Positions 1 to 9,609 of a stretch of DNA of 64,000 bases are shown piece by piece. The DNA comes from Planctomycetota bacterium (GTDB lineage Bacteria; Planctomycetota; JAJSAM01; JAJVHW01), in the NCBI GenBank assembly GCA_965248445.1, contig CBDFJG010000004.1, forward strand, positions 1,216,001-1,280,000, given 5' to 3'. The notes below the pieces were generated by a model that was not told where the DNA came from, did no database searches, and saw only the letters and a list, made by a program, of their open reading frames with translations. The translations under genes were made by a program, and so were the position numbers. How positions within the stretch are numbered: position 1 is the stretch's first letter; each line of letters begins with the position of its first letter.

Positions 1-2
1 GT

Positions 3-989
3 CTCACGAGCGCGGAGATCGACGCGCTTCCCAGGCAGGGTGCCGTCGTTGCGAACGACGTGCTCTGGCGGCGCGCGCTCGCCGCGAACGGGTTCTGGTC
101 CGAACGCGAAGACGCAGTCCTCGCCGCGCTGCCCGAGCGGCTGCGGCGCACTCCATGGGTCGTTGGCGGTCTCGGAGAACTGGCTGCCGCCGGGCGAAGC
201 GGTGACGACCTCGCCACGGTCATCACCGCCACCCCCGCGTTGCGGGACCGCTTCGTCGAGGGTCTGTCCCTCCTCCTCGCGGGACACAGCGTCGCGCACG
301 TCCGCCTGATCGCGGAGCGTGGCGAGCTGGAGCCGGTTGTCAGTCTGCGCGCCCCGGACGGTCCGCCCGACTGGGACGTCGAGAGCATCGCCGTGCAGCC
401 GGGCCAGCGCGTGGAGGCCGGCGCCATCGCGGTCGTGCTCCACGACGCGCGCACCATGTGGATCCATGTCGAGCCGATCGGTGAGGAGGTCGCCGCCGTC
501 ATCGCAGCGTTCGTCGAAGCGGTACCGCTCAGCGCAGCGCCCCTCCTGACGAAGGCCGGACCGGAGCTGACGGGACTGACCGTCGACCGGCTCGCCATCC
601 GCGGCGGCCGCGGCACGGGCGCGTACATAGTCTGCCGGAACGCGCCGCTCGAAACGAGCGGACCGACCGGCACCCGCACGTGGGGCCTGCGCGAAGGCCT
701 GCAGTACGTGGTCAGCGTTCCGGCCACGCGCATGCCGCAGCGCTTCGTGCTGCCCGCCGAGGCCGTCGTGCAGCAGGGCGCTGAGCGCGTCGTGCTCGTT
801 CAGGACGGGGACGCGTTCGTATCGCACCCCGTGCACGTGGAGTACGAGGACGCAGACGTCGCCGTCATCGCGAACGACGGTGCACTCGAGGCGGGTGATC
901 CCGTTGCCGTGACCGGCGCGTTCGCGCTCTCACTCGCGCAACAGGGCTCGCCGGCCGCCGATCGGCACGCGGGGCACGGCCATGACTGA
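3..989 (+). CDS. Efflux RND transporter periplasmic adaptor (CusB/CzcB-like), 5'-truncated by the window edge
   Basis: Frame is open from the window start; lipoyl-like 'VQPGQRVEAG'; C-terminal 'LPAEAVV..GDPVAVTGAFAL' and His-rich tail HAGHGHD; lies directly upstream of an RND pump. Confidence 0.75.
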   Translation, partial: LTSAEIDALPRQGAVVANDVLWRRALAANGFWSEREDAVLAALPERLRRTPWVVGGLGELAAAGRSGDDLATVITATPALRDRFVEGLSLLLAGHSVAHVRLIAERGELEPVVSLRAPDGPPDWDVESIAVQPGQRVEAGAIAVVLHDARTMWIHVEPIGEEVAAVIAAFVEAVPLSAAPLLTKAGPELTGLTVDRLAIRGGRGTGAYIVCRNAPLETSGPTGTRTWGLREGLQYVVSVPATRMPQRFVLPAEAVVQQGAERVVLVQDGDAFVSHPVHVEYEDADVAVIANDGALEAGDPVAVTGAFALSLAQQGSPAADRHAGHGHD

Positions 990-1016
990 GACCTCGTCCC
1001 GCCATGAGGGCACCGC

Positions 1017-4000
1017 ATGCTGAACCGCCTGATCGCGTTCTCGCTCGGCAACCGCCTGCTCGTGCTTCTCTTGGCACTGGCGATCGCGGTGCTCGGCACC
1101 ATCACCGCCATCCGGCTGCCGGTGGACGTGCTGCCGGATCTCAACCGCCCCACGGTCACCATCCTGACCGAGGCGCACGGTCTCGTCCCTCAGGACGTCG
1201 AGCAACTGGTGTCGCGTCCGGTCGAGCAATCCGTGAGCGGTGCGACCGGCGTCATGCGCGTGCGGTCGACGTCGGGGCTGGGCCTGTCCGTCGTGTACGT
1301 CGAGTTCGACTGGGACATGGAGATCTACCGCGCGCGTCAGATCGTGCAGGAGCGGCTGCAGATCGCCAGCGCGAGCCTGCCCGACGACGTCGTGCCACAG
1401 ATGGCGCCCATCTCGAGCGTCATGGGCCAGGTGCAGATGATCGGGCTGCGCAGCAAGAGCGGCGCGATGGACGCCACCGAGATCCGCGCGTTCGCCGATC
1501 AGACCGTCAAGCTGCGGCTGCTCGGCGTGCCCGGCGTCGCCCAGGTCGTGTCGATCGGGGGTGCGCCGCGCCAGCTCCAGGTCATTGTCGACGTGGACCG
1601 GCTACGAGCGCACGACGTCGCGCTGGAGGAACTGGCCGAGGCGATCGGCGCGGCGAACGAGAACGCGTCAGGCGGGATCATGGACGTCGGCACCCGTGGC
1701 ACCGCCGTCTCGGTGACCGGACTGCTGACGTCGGCCGCCGACCTTGCGCAGGCGGTCGTGCGCGACGACCCCGTGCGTCCTGTACTGGTCGGGGACGTCG
1801 CCCGTGTCGAGTTCGGTCCGGCCGCAATCCGGACCGGTGATGCCGGAGTGAACGGCCAGCCGGGCGTCGTGCTGGTCGTGTTCAAGCAGCCCGACGTCGA
1901 CACCGTCAAACTCGCGGAACGCGTGGACCGGGTGCTCGCGGAGATCGCGGCATCTGCCGGGGGAGATCTGGAGATCCTCCCCGGCATCTACCGCCAGGCG
2001 GAGTTCATCGAGCGCGCGGTGGACAACGTGATCGAAGCGCTGCTCGACGGCTCCATCCTTGTGGTGATCGTGCTGTTCCTGTTCCTCGCGAACTTCCGCA
2101 CGACGCTCATCACGCTGACCGCCATTCCGCTCTCCGTCGCGGTCACGGCACTGGTCTTCATGCTGTTCGGGCAGAGCATCAACACGATGACGCTCGGCGG
2201 ACTCGCTGTGGCGATCGGAGCACTGGTCGACGACGCGATCGTCGGCGTGGAGAACGTGTTCCGGCGGCTCCGTGAGAACCAGACACAGATCTACCCGCGA
2301 TCTGGCGTCCAAGTCGTGTTCCGCGCGGTGAGCGAGGTGCGTTCACCGGTTCTGATCGGCACGCTGGTCGTGGCGGCGGTGTACCTGCCGCTCTTCGCGC
2401 TCTCCGGCATGGAGGGCCGGCTGTTCACGCCGATCGGCGCCGCCTACATCGTGAGCATCCTCGCGTCACTGCTGGTCTCGATGAGCGTCACCCCCGTGCT
2501 CTGCGCGTATCTCCTGCCCAACAGCCGAGCGATCGAGAAGGGACAACCGAGCGCAGTGGTGCGTGCCCTGCAGTCGGTCGCCGAGAAGGTAATCCGTCTG
2601 AGCCTCTCGCGGACCGGCGCCGTATCGGCCGCGTTCGCAGGTCTGCTCGTGCTCGCGGTGTTCGCGCTCGGAACGCGCGGCACGGAGTTCCTTCCGCCGT
2701 TCAACGAGGGCGTCGTGCAGGTCAACCTGGTGCTACCGCCAGGCACGGGCCTGACGACCTCCAACGCGTTCGGGCGCCGGCTGGAAGAATCGATCGTGGA
2801 GATCGAGGGGGTGGCCGGGGTCGGCCGGCGCACCGGTCGCGCCGAGGGCGACGAGCACGCCGAGGGCGTCAACGTCACCGAGATGATCGTCTCGTTCGAT
2901 CCCGAGTCCGAGCGCAGCCGCGACGAGATCCTGGCGGACGTGCGCGAGCGCATGCACGATGTGTTGCCCGGTGCATCCACATCCGCGGAACAGCCGCTCG
3001 CCCACCTGCTCTCGCACCTGCTGTCCGGCGTGTCGGCCCAGGTCGCGATCAAGGTGTTCGGCGACGACCTTCCGACGCTGCGGCGGGCAGCGGCGGAGGT
3101 GACGGACGCGATACGTCCCATCGACGGCGTGACGGACCTCATGGTCGAGCCGCAGGTGCTCGTGGAACGCGTGCAGGTGGACCCCCGCCGCACGCGTCTC
3201 GCGCGCCTCGGCCTCACCGTCGAAGACGTCGCGCATACGGTCGAGCTGGCCCTCGAGGGCAGCGAGGTCTCGCGCCTCGTGCAGGGCCGTTTCTCGTACC
3301 CGATCGTGCTGCGACTCGAGGAGGACGACCGACGCGACCTGCCCGCCCTCCGCAACCTGCTCGTCGAGGGCGAGAGCCACGACCACGCGCGGCTGGGTGA
3401 CGTCGCCGACGTGACACTCACCCGCACTCCGAACGGCGTGAAGCACGAGAACGCATCGCGACGCATCGTCGTGCAACACAACGTCGAGGGCCGCTCTCTC
3501 GGCGAGGTCGTGGCCGACGTCGAGCGTGCGCTGGCCGGAGTCCGCGCCACGCTGCCGCCGGGGTACTCGATCCGCGTCGGCGGCCAGTTCCAGGCGCAGC
3601 GCGACGCCCAGCGCGTGATCGGCGTGTTGTCGGTGCTGTCGCTCCTCGTGATGATCGGTCTGATCACGACACACTTCCGATCGGTACGGCTCGCACTGTT
3701 CCCCATCGCCTCCATCCCGATGGCGTTCGTCGGCGCCTCAGCGCTGGTCGTCATCACCGGACAGACCGTGTCCATCGCGACACTTGTCGGGCTGGTGTCG
3801 CTGGGTGGAATCGCGGCCCGCAACAACATCCTCCTGATTGACCACTACCTCCACCTCATGGCGGAGGAGGGCGAGTCGTTTTCGAAGGAGATGATCGTCC
3901 GCGCCGGCCGCGAGCGCGTCGTCCCTGTGCTCATGACTGCGCTCACAACGGGCGTCGCGCTGATCCCGCTGGTGCTCTCACCCGGTGAACCCGGCCGCGA

Positions 4001-4232
4001 ACTGCTCTACCCCGTGGCCAGCGTGATCGTTGGCGGCCTGATCTCCACGACGTTGCTCGACGTGCTGCTGACACCGGGGCTGTTCTGGACGTTCGCCGGC
4101 GGCATGGTCGGTGATGTCGTGAAGTCGCGCGCAGGCGAGCGCGCCGAGGTCGATCGCTACGGCGAGGCGCTGGCCGGCGAGGAAGCGCGCACCGCCGAAC
4201 CGGAGGTGCCGGACGACGTGGACGCCGGGTAG
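1017..4232 (+). CDS. CusA/CzcA-family heavy-metal efflux RND permease
   Basis: 1071 aa; 'LPVDVLPDL', 'GGLAVAIGALVDDAIV.VENV', 'EFLPPFNEG', 'GRAEGDEHAEG', 'ERVVPVLMTALTT'. Confidence 0.95.
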   Translation: MLNRLIAFSLGNRLLVLLLALAIAVLGTITAIRLPVDVLPDLNRPTVTILTEAHGLVPQDVEQLVSRPVEQSVSGATGVMRVRSTSGLGLSVVYVEFDWDMEIYRARQIVQERLQIASASLPDDVVPQMAPISSVMGQVQMIGLRSKSGAMDATEIRAFADQTVKLRLLGVPGVAQVVSIGGAPRQLQVIVDVDRLRAHDVALEELAEAIGAANENASGGIMDVGTRGTAVSVTGLLTSAADLAQAVVRDDPVRPVLVGDVARVEFGPAAIRTGDAGVNGQPGVVLVVFKQPDVDTVKLAERVDRVLAEIAASAGGDLEILPGIYRQAEFIERAVDNVIEALLDGSILVVIVLFLFLANFRTTLITLTAIPLSVAVTALVFMLFGQSINTMTLGGLAVAIGALVDDAIVGVENVFRRLRENQTQIYPRSGVQVVFRAVSEVRSPVLIGTLVVAAVYLPLFALSGMEGRLFTPIGAAYIVSILASLLVSMSVTPVLCAYLLPNSRAIEKGQPSAVVRALQSVAEKVIRLSLSRTGAVSAAFAGLLVLAVFALGTRGTEFLPPFNEGVVQVNLVLPPGTGLTTSNAFGRRLEESIVEIEGVAGVGRRTGRAEGDEHAEGVNVTEMIVSFDPESERSRDEILADVRERMHDVLPGASTSAEQPLAHLLSHLLSGVSAQVAIKVFGDDLPTLRRAAAEVTDAIRPIDGVTDLMVEPQVLVERVQVDPRRTRLARLGLTVEDVAHTVELALEGSEVSRLVQGRFSYPIVLRLEEDDRRDLPALRNLLVEGESHDHARLGDVADVTLTRTPNGVKHENASRRIVVQHNVEGRSLGEVVADVERALAGVRATLPPGYSIRVGGQFQAQRDAQRVIGVLSVLSLLVMIGLITTHFRSVRLALFPIASIPMAFVGASALVVITGQTVSIATLVGLVSLGGIAARNNILLIDHYLHLMAEEGESFSKEMIVRAGRERVVPVLMTALTTGVALIPLVLSPGEPGRELLYPVASVIVGGLISTTLLDVLLTPGLFWTFAGGMVGDVVKSRAGERAEVDRYGEALAGEEARTAEPEVPDDVDAG

Positions 4233-4242
4233 CCTGGCGCGC

Positions 4243-4719
4243 ATGGGAAACGAAGTTGTCCTGCGTGACGTCGCGGACGCGGACCTGCCGGTGCTCTTCG
4301 AGCACCAGCAGGACACAGAGGCCTGCTTCATGGCCGCGTTCACCCACGAGGACCCGAGCGACCGCGCGGCCTTCGACGCGCACTGGGCGAAGATCCGCGC
4401 CGCCGACAGCGTGATCACCCGCACGGTGCTGTGCGACGGCCACGTCGCGGGCAGCGTCGCGAGTTTCGTGATGTTCGGGGGCCGCGACGTCACCTACTGG
4501 ATCGGCCGCGAGTACTGGGGCGGGGGCGTGGCAACGGCGGCCCTGCACGCCTTCCTGGACGTCGACACCACCCGCCCGCTGGGCGCGCGCGTCGCCAAAG
4601 ACAACGCCGGCTCGATCCGCGTGCTCGAGAAGTGCGGCTTCGTCAAGACCGGCGAGGACCGCTACCACGCCCACGCCCGCGGCGAGGAGATCGATGAACT
4701 GATCTTCGCGCTCGCCTGA
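4243..4719 (+). CDS. GNAT N-acetyltransferase (RimJ/RimL-like)
   Basis: 'YWIGREYWGGGVAT' and 'DNAGSIRVLEKCGF' motifs. Confidence 0.9.
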   Translation: MGNEVVLRDVADADLPVLFEHQQDTEACFMAAFTHEDPSDRAAFDAHWAKIRAADSVITRTVLCDGHVAGSVASFVMFGGRDVTYWIGREYWGGGVATAALHAFLDVDTTRPLGARVAKDNAGSIRVLEKCGFVKTGEDRYHAHARGEEIDELIFALA

Positions 4720-4742
4720 CACAGCGACATACTCCCGGAGCG

Positions 4743-5195
4743 ATGCAGGACTCCCTTCCCTCCACGAACGCCAAGCTGCGCGTGCTGTTCCTCTGCACGG
4801 GCAACTCCTGCCGCAGCCAGATGGCCGAGGGATTCGCCCGGTCGCTCCGCGCAGACAGGATCGACGCGTACTCCGCGGGCATCGAGACGCACGGCCTCAA
4901 CCCGCACGCGGTGCGCGTCATGGCCGAGGCGAACGTCGACATCAGCGGTCACACCTCGAAGACGCTCGCCGATCTCGCAGGCGTCGCGTTCGACCACGTC
5001 GTGACGGTGTGCGGCAACGCGCATGATACCTGTCCGGTACTCTCCGGTGACGTACACGTCGTTCACCGTGCGTTCGACGATCCGCCGGCGCTCGCGCAGA
5101 ACGCGGCGACCGAAGAGGAAGCGCTCGGTCACTACCGACGCGTACGCGACGAGATCCGCGCGTACGTCGAGACGCTCCCGGAGTCGCTCGCGTGA
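4743..5195 (+). CDS. arsC: Arsenate reductase, LMW-PTP fold (thioredoxin-coupled)
   Basis: 'LFLCTGNSCRSQMAEG' P-loop, resolving cysteines in 'TVCGNAHDTCP', 'FDDP'. Confidence 0.9.
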   Translation: MQDSLPSTNAKLRVLFLCTGNSCRSQMAEGFARSLRADRIDAYSAGIETHGLNPHAVRVMAEANVDISGHTSKTLADLAGVAFDHVVTVCGNAHDTCPVLSGDVHVVHRAFDDPPALAQNAATEEEALGHYRRVRDEIRAYVETLPESLA

Positions 5196-5905
5196 ACGTC
5201 CTCAAGAAGTGCGTCGCGGAGTTCGTCGGCACGTTCGCCATCGTGCTCGGTGGATGCGGCGCCATGTACTCGGATCGGCTGAGCCATGGCGGGGTTGGCA
5301 ACACCGGAATCGGACTGACCTTCGGGCTGATCGTGATGGCGATGGTCTGCGCGCTGGGGCATGTGAGCGGAGCGCACTTCAACCCCGCGGAGACGCTCGC
5401 TTTCACGGCGTCCCGTCACTTCCCGAAGCGAGAGGTCGTGCCCTACATCGCCGCGCAGTGCGCCGGCGCAATCTCGGGAGCGGCGATTCTCGCCGTGACG
5501 CTCGCGCCCGGGTTGCAGGCGAGGGTCGTCAACCGCCTGAGTCTGGGCGTGACTCTGCCTTACGACGATGCGTTCACGACCGCGCTGCTGTGGGAGTTCC
5601 TCCTCACTTTCCTGCTGATGTTCGTGATCATGGGCGTCGCCACCGACTACCGCGCGGTGGGCAAGTCCGCGGGCCTCGCCATCGGCGGCACGGTCGGATT
5701 CGAAGCGCTGTTCGCCGGCCCCATCAGCGGCGCGTCGATGAACCCCGCCCGCAGCCTCGGCCCGGCGCTCGTCTCCGGCGAGTGGTCGCACTTCGGCGCC
5801 TACGTGATCGGCCCCATCGCCGGAGCCGTCGCCGCCGCCCTGCTCTACCGCGCGATCCGCTGCGACCCGGCAGAACCGAACGGCGAGGTGAAGGGCTGCT
5901 GCTGA
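5192..5905 (+). CDS. MIP/aquaporin family channel (probable arsenite channel)
   Basis: 'SGAHFNPA' and 'GASMNPARS' motifs; GTGA overlap with arsC. Confidence 0.9.
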   Translation: MNVLKKCVAEFVGTFAIVLGGCGAMYSDRLSHGGVGNTGIGLTFGLIVMAMVCALGHVSGAHFNPAETLAFTASRHFPKREVVPYIAAQCAGAISGAAILAVTLAPGLQARVVNRLSLGVTLPYDDAFTTALLWEFLLTFLLMFVIMGVATDYRAVGKSAGLAIGGTVGFEALFAGPISGASMNPARSLGPALVSGEWSHFGAYVIGPIAGAVAAALLYRAIRCDPAEPNGEVKGCC

Positions 5906-5924
5906 GGCCGCGGTCCGCGTTCAC

Positions 5925-6440
5925 TCACCGGCGCGAGCCGGGCGGCTGTTCATTCATCGAGTGGTAGGCCCGCCAGATCCGCCGCTGGATCCCGCGACGA
6001 GGTCGCTTCGTCACGTCACCTTGCAGGGTGTCGACCTCCAGGGGCGCCACGCGGCCGGGACACTGACAGTCCATCCAGAGGCGTTCCGGCGGAGGCTGCA
6101 GCGCAGCGTACCGAGCGAGGTACTCCTCGGAGCCGGCGAGCAGGTCTGCGCGGTCGGACTCGGTCGCGTCGTCGCCGAGCGGGATCTTCGAGAGACGGTC
6201 CCATCGCCACGCCTCGAGTTCAGCGAGTCGCGCCGGCCGCTCCGCCAGGGTGCGCTCTCTCGCCGCGGCGAGCCAGCCGAGGCGCCGGCACCCGTGACAC
6301 GGTCCGGGTCGATCCGGGTACGCAACTGTCGCAGCGATCAGTACCGCGAACGCGATGCGCACGATCGCCCAACCCCGCCGTGTCGCGGGCCGACGCGGCG
6401 GGCGGTCTCCCGCAAGTCGACGCGCGTCAGCCGGAGCCAC
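5925..6440 (-). CDS. Hypothetical protein with one hydrophobic segment and Cys pairs (CHGC, CQC)
   Basis: Fills the gap between the flanking genes; no recognised domain. Confidence 0.4.
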   Translation of the reverse strand: MAPADARRLAGDRPPRRPATRRGWAIVRIAFAVLIAATVAYPDRPGPCHGCRRLGWLAAARERTLAERPARLAELEAWRWDRLSKIPLGDDATESDRADLLAGSEEYLARYAALQPPPERLWMDCQCPGRVAPLEVDTLQGDVTKRPRRGIQRRIWRAYHSMNEQPPGSRR

Positions 6441-6525
6441 TGCGTGAGTCTACTACCCTGCTGTGAGGCCGGCGTCGCGTGGCAGCGGACACCGGGCTCG
6501 ACATCTCGGTATTCTGGAGGATGTT

Positions 6526-6551
6526 GAACCGGTCACGGCCCGGCCGGCGTG
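6526..6551 (+). promoter_or_regulatory. Candidate ECF-type promoter (GAACC-N17-CGTG)
   Basis: Matches the AAC/CGT ECF consensus and ends about 14 bp before the ECF sigma ATG. Confidence 0.4.
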
Positions 6552-6564
6552 AACCACGTAGACG

Positions 6565-8121
6565 ATGAGGACTTCCCGCGCACCTGTTTCAATCGACACG
6601 CTTCTCACGCACCGCGCGTGGGTGCAGCGGCTGGCGCGATCGCTCGTGCACGATCAGGCGTCCGCGGACGACCTGGAACAGAAGGCGTGGCTGGCCGCCT
6701 TGCGCCGTCCTCCGACTCACCAGCCAACCGCCCGGGCATGGCTCGGCCGGGTCGTGCGAAACCTCGCGCGGGATGCGAACCGGTCCGGCGCACGGCGCAC
6801 TCGCCATGAGAGCCTCGCGGCGCGGGCGACTGAGGTCCGCACCACGCCGGAGATCGTGGCCGAAGCGGAGTCGCACCGTCTGGTCGTCCTTGCCGTCCAC
6901 GGACTCGACGAGCCCTATCGCACCGCGGTCTTGCTGCGCTGGTTCGAGAACTTGCCGCCGCGGGAGATCGCCTCACGAACGGGAGTGCCGGCGGAGACGG
7001 TCCGCACGCGGCTCCGCCGCGCACACGGAAGGCTGCGGCAGCGGCTGCAGTCGGACGGTCCGCGCTCGCGCGACTGGGTAGCAGCGCTGGCACCGCTGAT
7101 GGGTCCCGGTTCCGAGTCTGCACCCACATGGATCACGACAGTCACCGCCAAGACCGCGGCGAGCATCGGAGGCGTAGCCATGGGAACGAAGACAGCACTT
7201 GGAGTGGCAGCGGTCGTGATCGTCGGCGCGGCCTTCGTCGGGGGGCGTATCACGGGCGACTCCGACACAGAGTCAGCGCCAGACGAGGCGGCAGCCGAGA
7301 TCGCGGCTCTGCGGAACCGCATCGATCAGCTCGAGCGGGACGAACGACGTCGTGTCGAAACGCACCGGACGCGCACTCCGCGAACGGAGTCAGCGCCCGC
7401 AGCCGACACGCCTGGGATCGCGCCGGACGATCCGCGTCTCGTGGCGCTGGAGAACGCGCTGGACACGATGAAGCAGCAACTCGACGACGCAGAGGCCGCC
7501 AGAGCGGCGCAGAGCGGCACCGGCGCCGCTGCGGCTTCCCGGATGACCCAGCAGGAGCGCGAGGCCCTGCGGGCACTGACCGACGACGAGTTGCTCGGGG
7601 AGCTGCGCAAGCTCGTGTCCTCCGGATCGCGCGGCAAGCAGCTCGACGGCGGTCGAATCGTCGAAATGAGCGAGCTGCTGCTCGGGCGTCCGCTCGACAG
7701 CGGCAGACACTCCGAGACCCTGCGCCAAAAGGGGATCGGTCACCGCGTCCTCGGAGAAGACGAGAACGAGCTGACCGCGTTCCGCGAGGCGGCACGCATC
7801 GCCGGGGCCGGCACTCACGACGCGCGCATGGCCGAGACGCAGCTAGCTTGGTCCGCCGGGAGGCACGGCGATCTGCACGGTGCCGCGCAGGCGTTCCTGC
7901 TCCTGGCCGAAGACACCGACGCCCCCCCGCGCCAGCGCGCGTGGAATCGCTACTACGCCGGATCTCACTTCGAACGGTCTCGCGAGGCCGATCGCGCCAT
8001 CGACGAGTACCGCGTGGTCGTCAACGAGTTCGAGGACGACGACGACCCGAGCGTCGCCATGGCCGTGGGAAGGGCTCGCAAGAGCCTTGAGCGCCTCTCG
8101 AAGTCATCCTCGAGTCGCTGA
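6565..8121 (+). CDS. ECF RNA polymerase sigma factor with TM segment, coiled coil and TPR-like C-terminal extension
   Basis: Region 2 'ADDLEQKAWL..AWLGRVVRNL'; region 4 'LPPREIA...ETVRTRLRRA'; hydrophobic 'ALGVAAVVIVGAAFVGG'. Confidence 0.85.
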   Translation: MRTSRAPVSIDTLLTHRAWVQRLARSLVHDQASADDLEQKAWLAALRRPPTHQPTARAWLGRVVRNLARDANRSGARRTRHESLAARATEVRTTPEIVAEAESHRLVVLAVHGLDEPYRTAVLLRWFENLPPREIASRTGVPAETVRTRLRRAHGRLRQRLQSDGPRSRDWVAALAPLMGPGSESAPTWITTVTAKTAASIGGVAMGTKTALGVAAVVIVGAAFVGGRITGDSDTESAPDEAAAEIAALRNRIDQLERDERRRVETHRTRTPRTESAPAADTPGIAPDDPRLVALENALDTMKQQLDDAEAARAAQSGTGAAAASRMTQQEREALRALTDDELLGELRKLVSSGSRGKQLDGGRIVEMSELLLGRPLDSGRHSETLRQKGIGHRVLGEDENELTAFREAARIAGAGTHDARMAETQLAWSAGRHGDLHGAAQAFLLLAEDTDAPPRQRAWNRYYAGSHFERSREADRAIDEYRVVVNEFEDDDDPSVAMAVGRARKSLERLSKSSSSR

Positions 8122-8157
8122 GCGCGCGTCAGCAACACGTCCGACGCGTTCGCGGGT

Positions 8158-9609
8158 TCACTCGCTGACCCCGATCTCGAACCAGGCGAGAACGCTCATG
8201 TCCAGTGCCGCTCCGGCGTTCGCGCCGGTCTCTGCGAGTTCGCGCGAGAAGAGGATCTCGACGTTGCCCGACAGCTCGAGGACGGGGTCGACGCCCGTAC
8301 GCAGGGTCGTCACCCACGCTCCCTCGGTCACGTAGTAGCCCTCTTTCACATCGGCATCGACCGCGCTCGTTTGCACGAAGACCGACTTCTCGACCCAGGT
8401 CTGCTCGGTCACCGACTCCACTGAGCCAACGTGATGGTCGGGGTGGTTTGCGTGCTCGGGATTGTTGGAATCCCAATCGATCTCCCGCCAGTCGGAGTGC
8501 TCCTCGTCCCAGTAGTAGCCCTTCTCGGCGGCGGCCATCGCGTCGTACGCCGCCTTGTTCTCGGCGTCGACCTCGGCGATCTGCTCCGGGGTCATGGACG
8601 AGATGTCGTCGGCCGAAAACGCGGAGCCCTCGACGCCGTCTCCGACGATCACCGCCCCGATCAGCCGCTTGGACTTGCCGCCGCCCGTCAACTTCAGTGC
8701 GCCCCGCACGAGGAGGGTGCCGGTCCAGGTGAAGTCGCCGGAGATGTGGAGGTCGCCGTTGACGACCAGCGTGCCGCTGCCTCCGCTGTTGCCGGCCAGG
8801 TGCAGGTCCCCGTTGCAGACCGTCACCGGCGTGACGCCGGCCGGCGAGTCGAGGCCGAGGTTCTGCCCAGGATAGGTCCCCGGCTGCAGTTCCTCGTAGC
8901 CGCCGGACATCGCGCCGGCGACGAGCACGTCCATGTCCTGGAGTGGTCGCTGCGCGATCGACGGCGAACCGCCCAGACCGAGGATCTGGTCGTGGAGCGC
9001 CGCGGGAAGCTGTGACAGCAGGTCTGCCGTCGGTCCCCCGGTGCCGAGCCCGGGAGCCGGTGCCGAGTTGACGATCACGGCGCCCTCGGCGTCGTGGTCG
9101 CGTCCGTCGATGACGAACGCGTTGCCGCGGATGGCAGTGACCGGCGTGGGCACGTTGAGCAGGATGGCCGACTCGGTCCCACCAGCCGACGCAGGGCCGC
9201 GCACGATCACGCTCGCGCCACGCCGCGTGCCCGCAACCGTCGCAATGCTGGTGATCTCCGTGAAGCGAGCCTCGTCCCCTTCGTCCGTCGCGCCGTCACC
9301 GTCGTCGTCGCGAGAGTTCCCGTCGCCTCGAACGTAGGCAATGACGACGGATCCGCTGCCGGGGACGGTGAGCGATTCGTCGGAGTCGCCGTCGATCCGC
9401 CCACCGTTGCCTCGCACCGACGCGAGTCCCCAGTCGATCCCCGACTCCGCGAGCCCGAACGCCTCGTCGCGATCGAGAGTCTGTTCGGACTCTCTGTGGC
9501 GTGCGAGGGACGGCGCGAGCACGGAGACCGAGACCGCAGCGCACAGCGAGACGATGAGAATCGCGCTGATCAACGCAGTCCCTTCGTCACCGGAGCGAAC
9601 GCGCCTCAC
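8158..9609 (-). CDS. PilX-like minor pilin/pseudopilin-associated secreted protein
   Basis: N-terminal 'DEGTALISAILIV', 'AFGLAESGIDW', 'GTLVVNGDL..G.F.W.G.LLVRG' beta repeats; GTGA overlap with the upstream gene. Confidence 0.65.
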   Translation of the reverse strand: MRRVRSGDEGTALISAILIVSLCAAVSVSVLAPSLARHRESEQTLDRDEAFGLAESGIDWGLASVRGNGGRIDGDSDESLTVPGSGSVVIAYVRGDGNSRDDDGDGATDEGDEARFTEITSIATVAGTRRGASVIVRGPASAGGTESAILLNVPTPVTAIRGNAFVIDGRDHDAEGAVIVNSAPAPGLGTGGPTADLLSQLPAALHDQILGLGGSPSIAQRPLQDMDVLVAGAMSGGYEELQPGTYPGQNLGLDSPAGVTPVTVCNGDLHLAGNSGGSGTLVVNGDLHISGDFTWTGTLLVRGALKLTGGGKSKRLIGAVIVGDGVEGSAFSADDISSMTPEQIAEVDAENKAAYDAMAAAEKGYYWDEEHSDWREIDWDSNNPEHANHPDHHVGSVESVTEQTWVEKSVFVQTSAVDADVKEGYYVTEGAWVTTLRTGVDPVLELSGNVEILFSRELAETGANAGAALDMSVLAWFEIGVSE

